In this document: piece by piece, positions 1-12,903 of the stretch
How the letters are laid out: each line of letters begins with the position of its first letter
Position numbering within the stretch: the stretch's first letter is position 1
Assembly (NCBI GenBank): GCA_964016885.1
Contig: OZ024745.1
Span: 75,144,001-75,208,000, forward strand
Length of the DNA stretch: 64,000 nucleotides
DNA from: Eledone cirrhosa
Lineage: Eukaryota
Reading direction: 5' to 3'
Translations under genes and position numbers: made by a program
Notes under the pieces: generated by a model
Seen by the model: only the letters and a program-made list of their open reading frames with translations
Databases searched by the model: none
What the model was told of the DNA's origin: nothing

Positions 1-748
1 CTCAGAATGAAAGGCAGACTGTATGATGCGTGTATCTGAACAGCGATGTTGCATGGTAGTGAGACCTGGGCGCTGTAGGTGGAAGACTTACGTAGATTAG
101 AGAGAAACGAAGCCTGCATGCTCCGATGGATGTGTAAGAGTAATATATGTGAACGACAAAGCATAAATGAATTGAGAGAGAGACTGAGCATAAGAGGAAT
201 CGAATGCTGTGTGCAGGAGAGGCGGTTGCGCTGGTATGGACATGTGATGCGTATGAAGGATGACAGCTGCATAAAAAGGTGCAGAGCACTAGAAGTCGAT
301 GGAAACCGCGGAGTGGGGAGACCCAAGATGACCTGGGATGAGGTGATAAAAGCCGACCTTACCCAATTACACCTCTCAAAGGCAATGACACACGACCGTG
401 ACCTCTGGCGTCACACAGTAATACAGAGTACCCGACCTCCCATGGGTACAAGCTGAAGCATATAGACAATATGCCCCCACATCCCCCACCGCAAGGTGGT
501 CGTGGAGGTGCCACGGCAAAAAAGCACCCAGCCCACACTGTAAAGTGGACGTGTAGGTGCCACGAAAAAGCACCCAGCACTCACTGTAAATGAGGTTGGT
601 GTTAGGAAGGGTATCCAGCTGTAGAAATCAAGCCAAATCAGTTCCTGTATGAGCAAGGCAAGGTCAGCCGACCAGACACTGCCCACAACAGGACAACCTG
701 TCTAACCCATGCTAGCGTGGAAGAACGGACGTAAAACGGTGATGATGA
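1..748 (+). mobile_element. RTE-clade LINE, 3' part (C-terminal ORF remnant + 3' UTR with (GAT)n tail)
   Basis: ORF 79-456 (RRLERNEACMLRWMC...RRLRWYGHVMRM...GRPKMTW) matches the C-termini of the RTE copies at 5900-6388 and 18927-20588; ends ggacgtaaaacggtgatgatgat. Confidence 0.9.
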
Positions 749-757
749 TACATACAT

Positions 758-816
<59 letters not shown>

Positions 817-858
817 TAATTAATGTGTATATACATATATATATATATATATATAAAT

Positions 859-1440
859 ATATTGTTATACCTTGGGAGGGTCATGTTGCCAATAAGAAAC
901 ACACGCACCAGTTGCTTTCACTTCAATTTAATTTAATATATATTTATAAATTTACAAATTTATAAATTTCTGGTTGGTTGGTTGGTTCCACAACCAGATA
1001 GTTGTTTATATATATATAGTCATAGTTCTTTCGTCACACACTCTGTGACCTCTTCAGTGACTGGGGATTTCTTTCTTCGTTTCTGTGCCTTTCCTTTCTT
1101 CTATCCTACGCCATTTTGTTTTCAAACAAAATGGCGTAGGATAGAAGAAAGGAAAGGCACAGAAACGAAGAAAGAAATCCCCAGTCACTGAAGAGGTCAC
1201 AGAGTGTGTGACGAAAGAACTATGACTATATATATATAAACAACTATCTGGTTGTGGAACCAACCAACCAACCAGAAATTTATAAATTTGTAAATTTATA
1301 AATATATATTAAATTAAATTGAAGTGAAAGCAACTGGTGCGTGTGTTTCTTATTGGCAACATGACCCTCCCAAGGTATAACAATATCGGTTTCAACACAC
1401 GATTTCAGATAAAGAATCTTGCTAAACAAATTCAGAAACG
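859..1440 (+). mobile_element. Penelope-like element end with inverted pseudo-LTR (263-bp-arm palindrome 859-1386 + tail 1387-1440)
   Basis: Inverted repeat centred on 1122/1123; terminal sequence atgaccctcccaaggtataacaatat...cacacgatttca is homologous to the 3' end of the coding PLE at 59748-59830; flanked by (TA)n. Confidence 0.85.
1183..1227 (+). ncRNA. Minimal type-I hammerhead ribozyme motif
   Basis: AGTCA-CTGAAGA-G-GTCAC(agagtgt)GTGAC-GAAA-GAAC-TA-TGACT; stem I AGTCA/TGACT, stem II GTCAC/GTGAC. Confidence 0.75.
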
Positions 1441-1442
1441 AA

Positions 1443-1491
<49 letters not shown>

Positions 1492-1541
1492 TATATATAT
1501 ATGTATATATATATATATATGTATGTATATATATATTTATA

Positions 1542-1584
<43 letters not shown>

Positions 1585-1586
<2 letters not shown>

Positions 1587-1783
1587 CGAAGGAAATGTGG
1601 TAAGGAACCAGGTGGACCATAACGCACCAAAGTACTCAATACTTGAGGTAGTAGAGTGGATAATAGGAACCAGTAAGACCCCGACAGCTGAGCTCAAGCC
1701 GTTTCGACGGCTAATTCTGGACAGTCCAGAATTAGCCGTCGAAACGGCTTGAGCTCAGCTGTCGGGGTCTTACTGGTTCCTAT
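1585..1783 (-). mobile_element. Short PLE-end-like palindrome (60-bp arms 1663-1783, 1-nt loop) with unpaired tail
   Basis: Perfect inverted repeat centred at 1723, contains the partial motif cgaaacggc; flanked by (TA)n. Confidence 0.6.
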
Positions 1784-2022
1784 ATATATATATATATATA
1801 TATATGAATATATATATATATATATATATATGAATATATATATATATATATATATGAATATATATATACATATATATATGTATGTATATATATATTCATA
1901 TATATATATGTATGTATATATATATATATTCAATATATATATATGTATGTATATATATATTCATATATATATATGTATGTATATATATATATATGTATGT
2001 ATATATATATATATATATATTC

Positions 2023-2053
<31 letters not shown>

Positions 2054-2065
2054 TAGATATATATA

Positions 2066-2107
<42 letters not shown>

Positions 2108-3013
2108 TATACTCCAAACCCATGCAAGCGTGGAACACGGTCGTTAAACGGTGATGATGATGATGATGATGATGATATATATATATGTATGTATATATAT
2201 ATTCATATATATATATATATGTATGTATATATGCAAAGTTTTATTTAAATTGTTGGGTTACAACGAGTAAATATTTATAACTGATATAAAAGCACTCAAC
2301 AAGTATTTGGAGTATATTTACGATATTAAATAAATGGAAACTATATTTATAAAACCATATTTAATTCATTATATATATTTCAGGGATATCATATTAAAAA
2401 TATGGTATGCCTTCATCAGACAAAATACAATATAAACAGTCTTATAAATAGATAGATTTGACATACCTTACACTTCAACTTCCATTTAAAAAGTTGATCA
2501 ACTTTTTAAATGGAAGTTGAAGTGTAAGGTATGTCAAATCTATCTATTTATAAGACTGTTTATATTGTATTTTGTCTGATGAAGGCATACCATATTTTTA
2601 ATATGATATCCCTGAAATATATATAATGAAATAAATATGGTTTTATAAATATAGTTTCCATTTATTTAATATCGTATGTATATATATATTCATATATATA
2701 TATATATGTATATATATATTCATATATATATGTATATATATATTTATATATATATGTATGTATATATATATTCATATATATATGTATGTATATATATATT
2801 TATATATATATGTATGTATATATATATTTATATATATATATATGTATGTATATATATATTCATATATATATATATGTATATATATATATTCATATATATA
2901 TGTATATATATATATTCATATATATATGTATAGATATATATTCATATATATATGTATATATATATATTCATATATATATATATATTCATATATATATGTA
3001 TATATATATGTAT

Positions 3014-3058
<45 letters not shown>

Positions 3059-3211
3059 TTCATATATGTATATATATGTATATATATATATATTCATATA
3101 TGTATATATATGTATATATATATATATATATTCATATATGTATATATATATGTATGTATATATATATATATATTCATATATATATATACGTATGTATATA
3201 TATATATATTC

Positions 3212-3251
<40 letters not shown>

Positions 3252-3375
3252 TCATATATGTATATATATATATGTATGTATATATATATATATATTCATA
3301 TATATATGTATATATATATATATTCATATATGTATATATATATATATATTTATATATATATGTATATATATATTT
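1784..3375. repeat. Compound (TA)n microsatellite with TATTCATA/TATGTATA variants, interrupted by insertions
   Basis: Seen directly; source of the spurious YIYI ORFs. Confidence 0.95.
2232..2676 (-). mobile_element. PLE-end palindrome (arms 2319-2497 / 2498-2676) with tail 2232-2318 and HHR motif
   Basis: Near-perfect zero-spacer inverted repeat (one mismatch seen); right arm has CTGATGA-AGG...CCT-GAAA-TATATA at 2576-2623. Confidence 0.75.
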
Positions 3376-6300
3376 ATGAGGTAGATCTGCTGAAATAGCG
3401 GAGATGCTGGAGTGAAGGCAGGTGGATGTGTGCTGCGTGCAAGAGGTGAGATGGAGAGGTGCCTCTGCGAGACTAGTCGTAGGCAAACGTCTTAGCTATA
3501 AGCTATTCTGGGTAGGTAAGGATGATGTGTTAGGGGGAGTAGGCATTTTCCTGGCTGAGAAATGGATCAATAAGACAATAGAGGTAGTTCGAGTTAGTAA
3601 TCGAATAATTAAGCTTAGATTAGTTGTAGGCAGGAGACTACTGACAATCATCTCCGCCTATGCTCCCCAAGCAGGCCTAAGCAAAGATGAGAAAGACTGC
3701 TTTTATGAGCAACTTTTCCAAACAACCGCAATGACAGAGGACGGAGACATCGTTATGCTAGCAGGAGACTTCAATGGTCATGTTGGACAGCTCCAGGATG
3801 GTTACACTGGGGTACATGGTGGGCACGGTTACAGTTCAAGAAATGAAGAAGGAGTGAGACTTCTTGAATTTTGTGATGCAGGTACATTGACTATTTGCAA
3901 CACAAACTTCCAGAAACCTGCCAATCACCTAATAACCTACAAATCTGGTGAGCACATAAGCCAGATTGACTTCTTACTAGTTAGGCAGTGGGACAGGCAG
4001 ATAGTGTCTAATACCAAGGCATACCCTGGGGAAGAATGTACCCCACAGCATAGGTTAGTTGTTAGTGATATCTCAGTAAGCAAGAGATGGAATGAGACAT
4101 ATAGGAAGGTGTGGAGAAGAAAGGTCTGGAAGCTAAAAGACCTTTCACTAAAATACAAATTTAGGAAAGCCCTTCAAGATGTATATGACGAAAAAGAAGA
4201 CGATTTAGAGACGTATGACAGATAATAACTGGAATTTCTTACGTGACAATTTGCTGCAGGCTACTGATGAAATTTGTGGCTGGAGCAGAGCTCCAACCAG
4301 ACAGAGAGTGACCTGGTGGTGGAACAGCACAGTAGATAAGGCCATTAGAGACAAAAGACTAGCATGGAAGGCTTGGAAAAAGGGTGGGAGTAGGGAAGAA
4401 TATACAGCCACTAAGACAGAAGCTAGACGTCAGGTGTACTTAGCACGCAGGGAGGCAGAGAGTAGGAGGTTTGCCAATGTTCTGCGACGGGAAGATCAGA
4501 GGCGTGCGGTGTTCCACATTGCAAGGCAGTGTGTCAATGCAAATCAGGATGTTGTTGGAGATAAATGTGTCCGGGATGATGCCGGTGTTCTTAGTGTCAC
4601 GAATGATCAGAAAAAGGAGGTCTGGAAATGTCATTATGAGAGACTGATGAATGTGGAGAACAAATGGGAGAGAGAGAAATTACCCTTGGTAGATCCGACA
4701 GAGGGACCAGCTATTGAGATTGACGAATATAGGGTCCAAGAGGCGATTAGGGAAATGAAAAATGGTAAGGCTGCCTGACCATCGGGAATAGTTGCTGAGA
4801 TGCTGAAGGCATCAGAGGACGTAGGCACTAAACTGGTTGCACGCATCATCAATCAGGCTATATATGGTGGTGTCATACCCAAAGACTGGTGCAGCAGTAT
4901 TCTCATAAATTGCTACAAAGGTAAAGGGGATGCTTTGGAGAGGAGCAATTATAGGGGTATAAAACTGATAGATCAGGTTATGAAAGTGGCAGAAAGGATT
5001 TTAGCATAACTAATTAGAGAAAGGGTCAAACTAGATGAGATGCAGTTTGGTTTTGTGCCTGGGAAGAGTACAACAGATGCCCTCTTCTTGGTGAGACAAT
5101 TGCAAGAGAGGTTCTTAGAGAAGAATAAGCCACTATACTTAGTCTTTGTTGACCTCGAGAAGGCCTTTGATAGGGTACCCCGATCTGTCATCTGGTGGTC
5201 CCTAAGGAAGCTAGGTGTTGAGGAATGGCTTGTGAGGACAGTGCAAACTTTGTACAGGGTACTCTCAGTAAAGTCAGGGTAGGAATGGAGTTTAGTGAGG
5301 AATTCCAGATACAAGTAGGAGTACATCAGGGTTCGGTCCTCAGCCCGCTCTTGTTCATTATAGTCCTCCAAGCCATAACAGAGGAGTTTAAGACTGGCTG
5401 TCCATGGGAACTTCTCTATGCTGACGATCTGGTTCTTATAGCAGAATCAGTAGAGGAGCTAGAGAATAAATTCTGGCTATGGAAACAGCAGTTGGAAGCA
5501 AGAGGACTGAGAGTGAACCTAGCTAAGACAAAAGTGTTGATGAGTAGAAAAGAGGACAAAACCCTGATTTCGTCAGGGAAATGGCCATGTTCGATATGCA
5601 GAAAAGGAACTGGCATAAATTCTATAAAATGCACACAATGCAGATCCTGGGTACACAAGAGATGTAGCGGGATAGCAGGCAAACTAACAGGTAGGGAGAA
5701 ATATGTATGCAGTAGATGTACAGGGAAATTAGACAGTAGAAGTCGCATTGATAGACACATTTTTCAAATGCAGGAGGGCGCTATAGAAGTGGTGGATAGC
5801 TTCCGGTACCCAGGAGATCAGATTAGCATGGGAGGAGGGTGTTCCGAGGCCATAGTATCTAGAATAGATTGAAAGAAGTTTAGGGAGCTGCTTCCTCTGT
5901 TGACGAAGAAGGGTTTCTCCCTGCGTACGAAAGGCCTGTTGTATGATGCCTGTGTGAGGAGCGCGATGCTGCATGGTAGTGGGACATGGGCAGCAACTGC
6001 AGAGGATATGCGACGGCTGGAGAGAAATGAGGCAAGCATGCTCCATTGGATGTGCAGTGTAAATGTGCGTGAACGACCCAGCATAAATGTGTTGAGAGAG
6101 AAACTGTGTCTGAGAGGGATAGAATGTAGTGTACGGGAGAGGAGACTGAGGTGGTATGGACATGTGATGCGCATGGAGGATGACCGATGGGTGAAGAAGT
6201 GCCAGGAAATGCCAGTTGAAGGAAGACGTGGTAGAGGTAGACCACGAAAAACATGGGCGGAGGTGGTGAGAATAGACCTCAGATCATTGAAGCTCACGGT

Positions 6301-6408
6301 GGAGATGACGAAGGACCGTGACCAGTGGAGAGATGCTGTGCTGAATAAGACCTGTCCCACCCTTGCAAGTAGGGAAAAGCGGACGTAAAATGATGATGAT
6401 GATGATGA
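3376..6408 (+). mobile_element. RTE-clade LINE, near full-length ORF (AP endonuclease + RT + PHD-like finger), disrupted
   Basis: APE motifs (CCVQE, SAYAPQ, GDFNGH, SQIDF, QHRLV), RT motifs (QFGF, DLEKAFD, GVHQGSVLSP, YADD); several stops and frameshifts; (GAT)n tail. Confidence 0.95.
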
Positions 6409-6435
6409 TATATATATATATGTATATATATATTC

Positions 6436-6469
<34 letters not shown>

Positions 6470-6751
6470 TCATTATTTTAATACCGCTGGAGCCACTTTT
6501 TTAACATAAAAACAGGTAGAATTCCCAAAACTAATCAGATCAAAGCAAATATCACGGACGCTCTACCTCAAAATTATTTTTGAAAAGCATTAGAAATGCG
6601 CAACCGGTAAAACTTAAGACCAAAACTTAATACTAACCAATACTATTACTAATTATCACTTATTCCTAATTAAACTATTTTTCACTGTGAACAATTTGTC
6701 AGCATTTTCTATTCCGTTTACCAATATATATATGTATATATATATATATTC

Positions 6752-6795
<44 letters not shown>

Positions 6796-6861
6796 ATATT
6801 TTCATATATATATATGTATATATATATATATTCATATATATATGTATATATATATATATTC

Positions 6862-6894
<33 letters not shown>

Positions 6895-6897
6895 TAT

Positions 6898-7193
6898 GGA
6901 GGCACATGGCTTAGTGGTTAGAGCATTGGCCTTGCAATCGAAAGGTTGTGAGTTCAATTCTCAGACCGGGTGATGTGTTGTTTCCTTGAGCAAGACACTT
7001 TATTTCACATTGCTCCAGTTTACTCAGCTGTAGAAATGAGATGTTAGGGACTGGGGTCCATATCATTCCACTGCAAATGAGGTTGGTGTTAGGAAGGGCA
7101 TCCAGCTGTAGAAATCAAGCCAGAATCAGTTCCCGTCCCACCCTTGCAAGCAGGGAAAAAGCGGACGTAAAATGAAATGATGATGATGAAATG
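6898..7193 (+). mobile_element. tRNA-derived SINE (CORE-like body) with RTE-derived 3' tail
   Basis: Pol III A/B-box-like head tggcttagtggtt...gagttcaattc; body ccttgagcaagacactt; tail cacccttgcaagcagggaaaaagcggacgtaaaatga shared with the RTE end at 6358-6400. Confidence 0.85.
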
Positions 7194-7221
7194 ATTTATA
7201 TATATATATATATATATATTC

Positions 7222-7255
<34 letters not shown>

Positions 7256-7295
7256 ATTCATATATATATATATTTATAATTATATATATATATTC

Positions 7296-7338
<43 letters not shown>

Positions 7339-7369
7339 TTCATATATATATATATATGTATGTTGTTTA

Positions 7370-7963
7370 CTCGAGATGCGCATGAAGGACGATAGCTGTA
7401 TAACAAAGTGCAGGGCAATAAAGATAGACGGTAGCCACGGAATAGGCAGACCCAGAAAAACCTGGGACGAGCTGATAAATTCCGACCTCACACACTTACA
7501 CCTCACCAAGACAATGTCACTTGACCGAGACCTTTGGCGGTACTCAGTAATAGAGAAGACCCGCCTTACCTAAATACAAAGTAAAACCTACTACAGTCAG
7601 TGGGCATCTCTAACAAAATACACCCCCATCCCACCACCCCCACCCCATCCACACCGCCCCTTTCAATGTAAAGTTATGTTGGTGCCACAACATCCAGGCC
7701 GAAACAAATGAGATTGTGTAGGTGTCACGTGAAAAAAACACAGTTCACGCTGTAATGTGGCCGTGTAGGCAACACGGTAAAAACCTCCCAGCCCCACACT
7801 GTAAATGTGGTTGGTGTTAGGAAGGGCATCCAGCTGTAGAAAACCCGCCAGATAGTCCTATGCGAGCAAGATAACCACTCTTGCCTCAAGTGGGAAAACC
7901 CTCCGTCCAAACCCATGCAAGCATGGAACACGGACGTTAAACGATGATGATGATGATGATGAT
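7370..7963 (+). mobile_element. 5'-truncated RTE LINE (C-terminus + 3' UTR)
   Basis: ORF 7376-7573 nearly identical to the C-terminus of 18927-20588; (GAT)n tail. Confidence 0.9.
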
Positions 7964-7974
7964 GTATATATATG

Positions 7975-8043
<69 letters not shown>

Positions 8044-8156
8044 ATTTATATATATATATATATATTCATATATATGTATATATATATATATATATTCATA
8101 TATATATATATATATATTCATATATATATATATATATTCATATATATATATGTATA

Positions 8157-8187
<31 letters not shown>

Positions 8188-8189
8188 TC

Positions 8190-8242
<53 letters not shown>

Positions 8243-8260
8243 TATATATATATATGTATA

Positions 8261-8300
<40 letters not shown>

Positions 8301-8334
8301 TATATATGTATATATATATATATATATTCATATA

Positions 8335-8381
<47 letters not shown>

Positions 8382-8389
8382 ATATATTC

Positions 8390-8427
<38 letters not shown>

Positions 8428-8442
8428 ATATATATTCATATA

Positions 8443-8501
<59 letters not shown>
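7964..8501. repeat. Compound (TA)n microsatellite
   Basis: Seen directly. Confidence 0.95.
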
Positions 8502-8505
<4 letters not shown>

Positions 8506-11500
8506 CTGGTGAAACGTGGAAGAGAGATACCAGCTGGTCTGAGTGTGCTCTACCCACAATAACTGGTAATGAAAAAACTGCAACAACTCTGGGAAACTAA
8601 ACCAGAACAACGAGCCACCCTCTACACACCATCATAAACTGCAAGTAGGGTACAAATTGTTGTCCTTAAATGCTCGCAGTTTATGCAACAAGATTCATCC
8701 GTTTGACTCCTACGTCAGAAGCATCGACCCTGACTTCATCACAGTCACGGAAACATGGGCACATTCCTTACTCTTTGATGGGGTTTTCAGCATTACTGGG
8801 TACAACCTTTTCCGCAATGACCACATTAATCGCCGTGGTGGTGGTGTGATGGTCTACGTTTGTTCAAACTTTTCGGTAATTCCTTGCGTTGATTTGAACG
8901 AATCACAGGAAGAAGTTTTTTTCTGTGACATACGTATGACTATGTCAACACTTCTGCTTGGTGTTGTTTATCACCCCCCAAACTACCATCAGGACACACA
9001 GCTTTGCGATATCCTCAGAGTTGCTGCCAAGAAAACAGCCACTTATGTGTTTATTACAGGTGACTTCAATCATCCTGAGATCGATTGGGAAATCTTTCAT
9101 TGGCCACAAGGTGCAAACGATTTCCTTGAACTAGTGCTGGACTCAAACTGGTCACAAGTAGTCACCTCTGCAACAAGAGGTGACAACACTTTGGACCTGA
9201 TCTTCACCACTACTCCTGAAGTGGTTATCAGTTGTACTACTGAGGAACCTCTAGGCGACTCTGATCATGCTATGATCATTGCCAATCTGGCACTTGCGGG
9301 CAGCAACAAAAACCAGAGCCATCTCCAATCTGCTTGCTTTGATTGGAAGAAAGCAGATTGGAACTTGTACTGCACTGAGCTACAGCGCCCAAACTGGCAT
9401 GAGATGTATAACTCTGGAGATGTGAACACTATACTCCAGAGCATCCTGGACTCAATATGGATAGCGTGTGCAGCATCGGTGCCACGTAAGCAGAAAAAAA
9501 ACCACCCCAAAAGTGCAATTTGGGAAACTTCAGCGGTCCGACTTGCCAGGAAAGAACGTCGGAACGCTGAACGGGAATATAAACTGCATAAATCAGATGC
9601 CAACAGAAAAAAGCGGAATAAATCTTCTAACCATCTCAAGCAAGTGACAAAGAAAGCAGTGCTTGAATTTGAACAGTGCATAGCAACCAATCCTGACAGT
9701 AAGGTGTTCTGGAAATATGTTCATTCAAAGCAGAGACCTCACTCTCCAGTTGGTCCTCTTCGCAATCCCCACACAAGCCAGATCACTGACGATCCCAAAG
9801 AATGCGCAGAACTCATTGTTGAGTGCTATGCAAGTATTTTTACTGTTGAAAACCAGAATGTACCATCTCCACCATCTCTAACATCAAATTCCATAACAAC
9901 TATGGAATTTACACCTGCAATGTTGTGACGTCACCTTAAGAATAAGCGCAACTATGCCTCCCCTTGTCTTGATGGTGTTACATACCTGATTCTCAAACGT
10001 GGCGGGTATTTCCTTTTGCGCCAGCTTTCTTTCTTCTTTCAATACTGCCTCAACAATGGTGCTACTCTGGAGCAGTGGAAAACTGCCAGTGTCATTCCCC
10101 TGTTCAAAAAGGGCAACCGCATGTCACCTGTCAACTATCGTCCAGTCAGTTTTACTAGCTGTATGGCCAAACTGATGGAATCCTGTGTCAGAAAAACACT
10201 TTGGAACTTCTGGAGCTCTCACAGCCTCATCCGGCCCTCACAATTTGGATTTATCCCTAACTCCAGCTGCTGTGATCAGCCTATCGAGTTCCTTGAAGAC
10301 ATCACCCGGATCACTGACAGCAGCTCATGGGTGGATGTTGTTTACCTTGACTTTGCTAAGGCTTTTAATTCTGTGCCACACAAAAGACTTATGGCAAAAC
10401 TCTCTGCAATGGGTGTGAGGGATGATCTTTTCGACTGGTTGAAATCCTTCATTCTCAGCCGAAAAGAAGTAGTCACGGTTCTAGGACAGCATTCTTCACC
10501 ATATGAGATGTCATTTGGTGTACCACAGGGATCTGTTTTGGTCCCCTTTTGTTTGTGGCATATATTAATGACATAGATGCCAACTTACAGAATGCCACAG
10601 TACTGAAATATGCAGATGACATCAAGCTGTACCTTGAAATCAAAAGGACTGATCCTGAAATCTACAACTCTTTCCTACAATCAGACCTGGACACAATGCA
10701 GCAATGGATCACAGACTGGCAACTGAAGCTGGCTGTGGACAAGTGTACCACCATGCATTTTGGGAGGAAAAACCAGCCTCCACATACTCCCTCCACAACA
10801 CTGATATCAAGAAGTCCTCTTGTGAACATGACCTGGGCATTACTGTCAGCAGCGATTTGCGTTGGACAAAGCATGTCTCTAAGATTGTCAAGAAGGCCGA
10901 GGGTGTCTTGGCATCACTCAGCAAGACCTTTGTTAGCCGCTCTCCAGCCATCTATTTAAAACTGTATACAGCTATGGTACGACTACACTTGGAATTTGCA
11001 TCATCAGTCTGGAACTCCTACCTTGCTCAGAACATTGACCTCCTGGAAACTGTTCAGAGACGTGCAACCAAGCGCATACCCTCCATCAGACACCTACCAT
11101 ACTCTGAATGCCTTGCTTTCCTGGGCATGGATTCATTGAAGCTGCGACGTCTGGCAATGGACTTGGTAAATACCCACAAAGTTATTAACCATCTCGCCAA
11201 CAACAACCCTGAGCACCTTTTTGATCTCCATGTGTCTAACATACGTGGACATGGCTACAAAATCAGAAAACAGCACAGCTCCCATGACTTTCGTAAACAT
11301 TTTTTCACGCTCAGAGTTGCTGAAGCATGGAACAAACTGCCTGCGTCAGTTGTTAGCTGCCGAGACACTGCATCCTTTAAGACACTCATGCTTCCCGAAA
11401 TATGCCAAAACTACACCTGATGTACCCCTTCCATACACATGCACACATGTGTATATCATGACTCATGCACTGTTCATTTTTCTGATGTTTGTACATTACC

Positions 11501-11575
11501 CTATGTACTATACATACACTTTTTGATGAGTTGTAGTGCACCTGAGCACTGTACACAATATTTCATTATTATTAT
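8502..11575 (+). mobile_element. CR1-group LINE ORF2 (APE + RT), disrupted, (ATT)n tail
   Basis: LNARSL, TETW, GDFNHP, LDLIF, SDH; NYRPVS, QFGF, LDFAKAF, GVPQGS, KYADD; C-terminal RGHGYKI...RKHFFTLRVAEAWNKLP typical of CR1. Confidence 0.92.
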
Positions 11576-11675
11576 ATATTCATATATATATATATAATAA
11601 CTAGAAATTGATTAACATATAAATAAACATGAATAATCACAAGAGATAATTTGGATATAGATATATATATCATAA

Positions 11676-12382
11676 TCTATAAAGCTCAGTGTGTGGTCAT
11701 GCTCCTTCGTTATAGAAATCTACGATATAGAATTTCTTCAATTGAAATTTACAATTCAGTATTCGAAATTGTTTCGATTGCGTCTTGACGCAGATAATTT
11801 TTTCAATTTCACCCACAATTACGGAAAAAATAGATAAAACTCAATATTTTACGATTTGTCTCTCTCATTTAAACTGCTGAAGTCTTTCTACTACCATTCA
11901 AAATCTATACAACTTCATACTTTCTGCTACTTTCTCTTTCCAAGCTTGATGGTGATACTGTCCGTTCACACCACTCCCTACTGTCTTAAATTTAGAAAAC
12001 ACATATCCTCTATGAGGTTACTAAACCTGCTAGAAACAACAGCTAACTCTCCCTCATATCACAACCCTCCCTACTGTCTTAAATTTAGAAAACACACAGA
12101 CAACCATGCAGAACAACTCCATTGCAGCTCTGTTGTTCGGCTGGCATCGTCTACGCGCGTGTTGCGCAAGTACTGTGAAATAATAAATTTCAACACTTTT
12201 TTGCACAGAGATAATATCCATAGGCGAAACTACAATTGTCACTGCTGGCGCAGCTTCTGCTTCCAGGTCTGCAATTCATTCACCCAGTGCCTGGCAGACA
12301 AAAAAGTGCTGCCATAAAATGGGTGGTGCAACCTAACTTTGGTAACTTAATGACTCCGAGCAACGCCGGGCTTTAATGCTAA
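11676..12382 (+). mobile_element. Putative non-autonomous Helitron-like element
   Basis: Starts TCTATA; ends with hairpin ccgagcaacgccggg followed by a CTAG-like gctaat; the same 3' end occurs at 51658-51687. Confidence 0.55.
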
Positions 12383-12424
12383 TATATTCATATATATATA
12401 TATATATATATTCATATATATATA

Positions 12425-12458
<34 letters not shown>

Positions 12459-12491
12459 TATATATATATATGAACATATATATATATATAT

Positions 12492-12826
12492 ACACCCCCT
12501 TCCCACTACCCCCACCCCATCCACACCACCCCCTTAAATGTGAAGTTATGTTGGTACCACAACATCCAGTCCGAAACAAATGAGGTCGTGTAGGTGTAAC
12601 GACAAAAAAACACACAGTCCACGTTGTAATGTGGCCGTGTAGGTAACACGGTAAAAGCCTCCCAGTACACACTGTAAACGTGGTTGGTGTTGGGAAGGGC
12701 ACCCAGCCGTAGAAAACTCGCCAGACAGTCCTGAGCAAAACAACCAATCTTGCCTCAAGTGGGACAATTCCCGTCCAGACCCATGCTAGCGTGGAAAATG
12801 GACGTTAAACGATGATGATGATGATG
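12492..12826 (+). mobile_element. RTE 3' UTR fragment
   Basis: Homologous to 7620-7960; (GAT)n tail. Confidence 0.85.
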
Positions 12827-12839
12827 ATATATATATATA

Positions 12840-12899
<60 letters not shown>

Positions 12900-12903
<4 letters not shown>

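Noticed and set aside
982-1263. Two near-identical 69-aa ORFs on opposite strands
   Set aside because: By-product of the palindrome; no recognisable protein
1280-3486. Long YIYI-rich ORFs (also at 7944-8600, 59046-59919, 62526-63017)
   Set aside because: Translations of (TA)n microsatellites
6898-6970. tRNA gene
   Set aside because: The tRNA-like head continues into a SINE body and RTE tail and occurs in several dispersed copies
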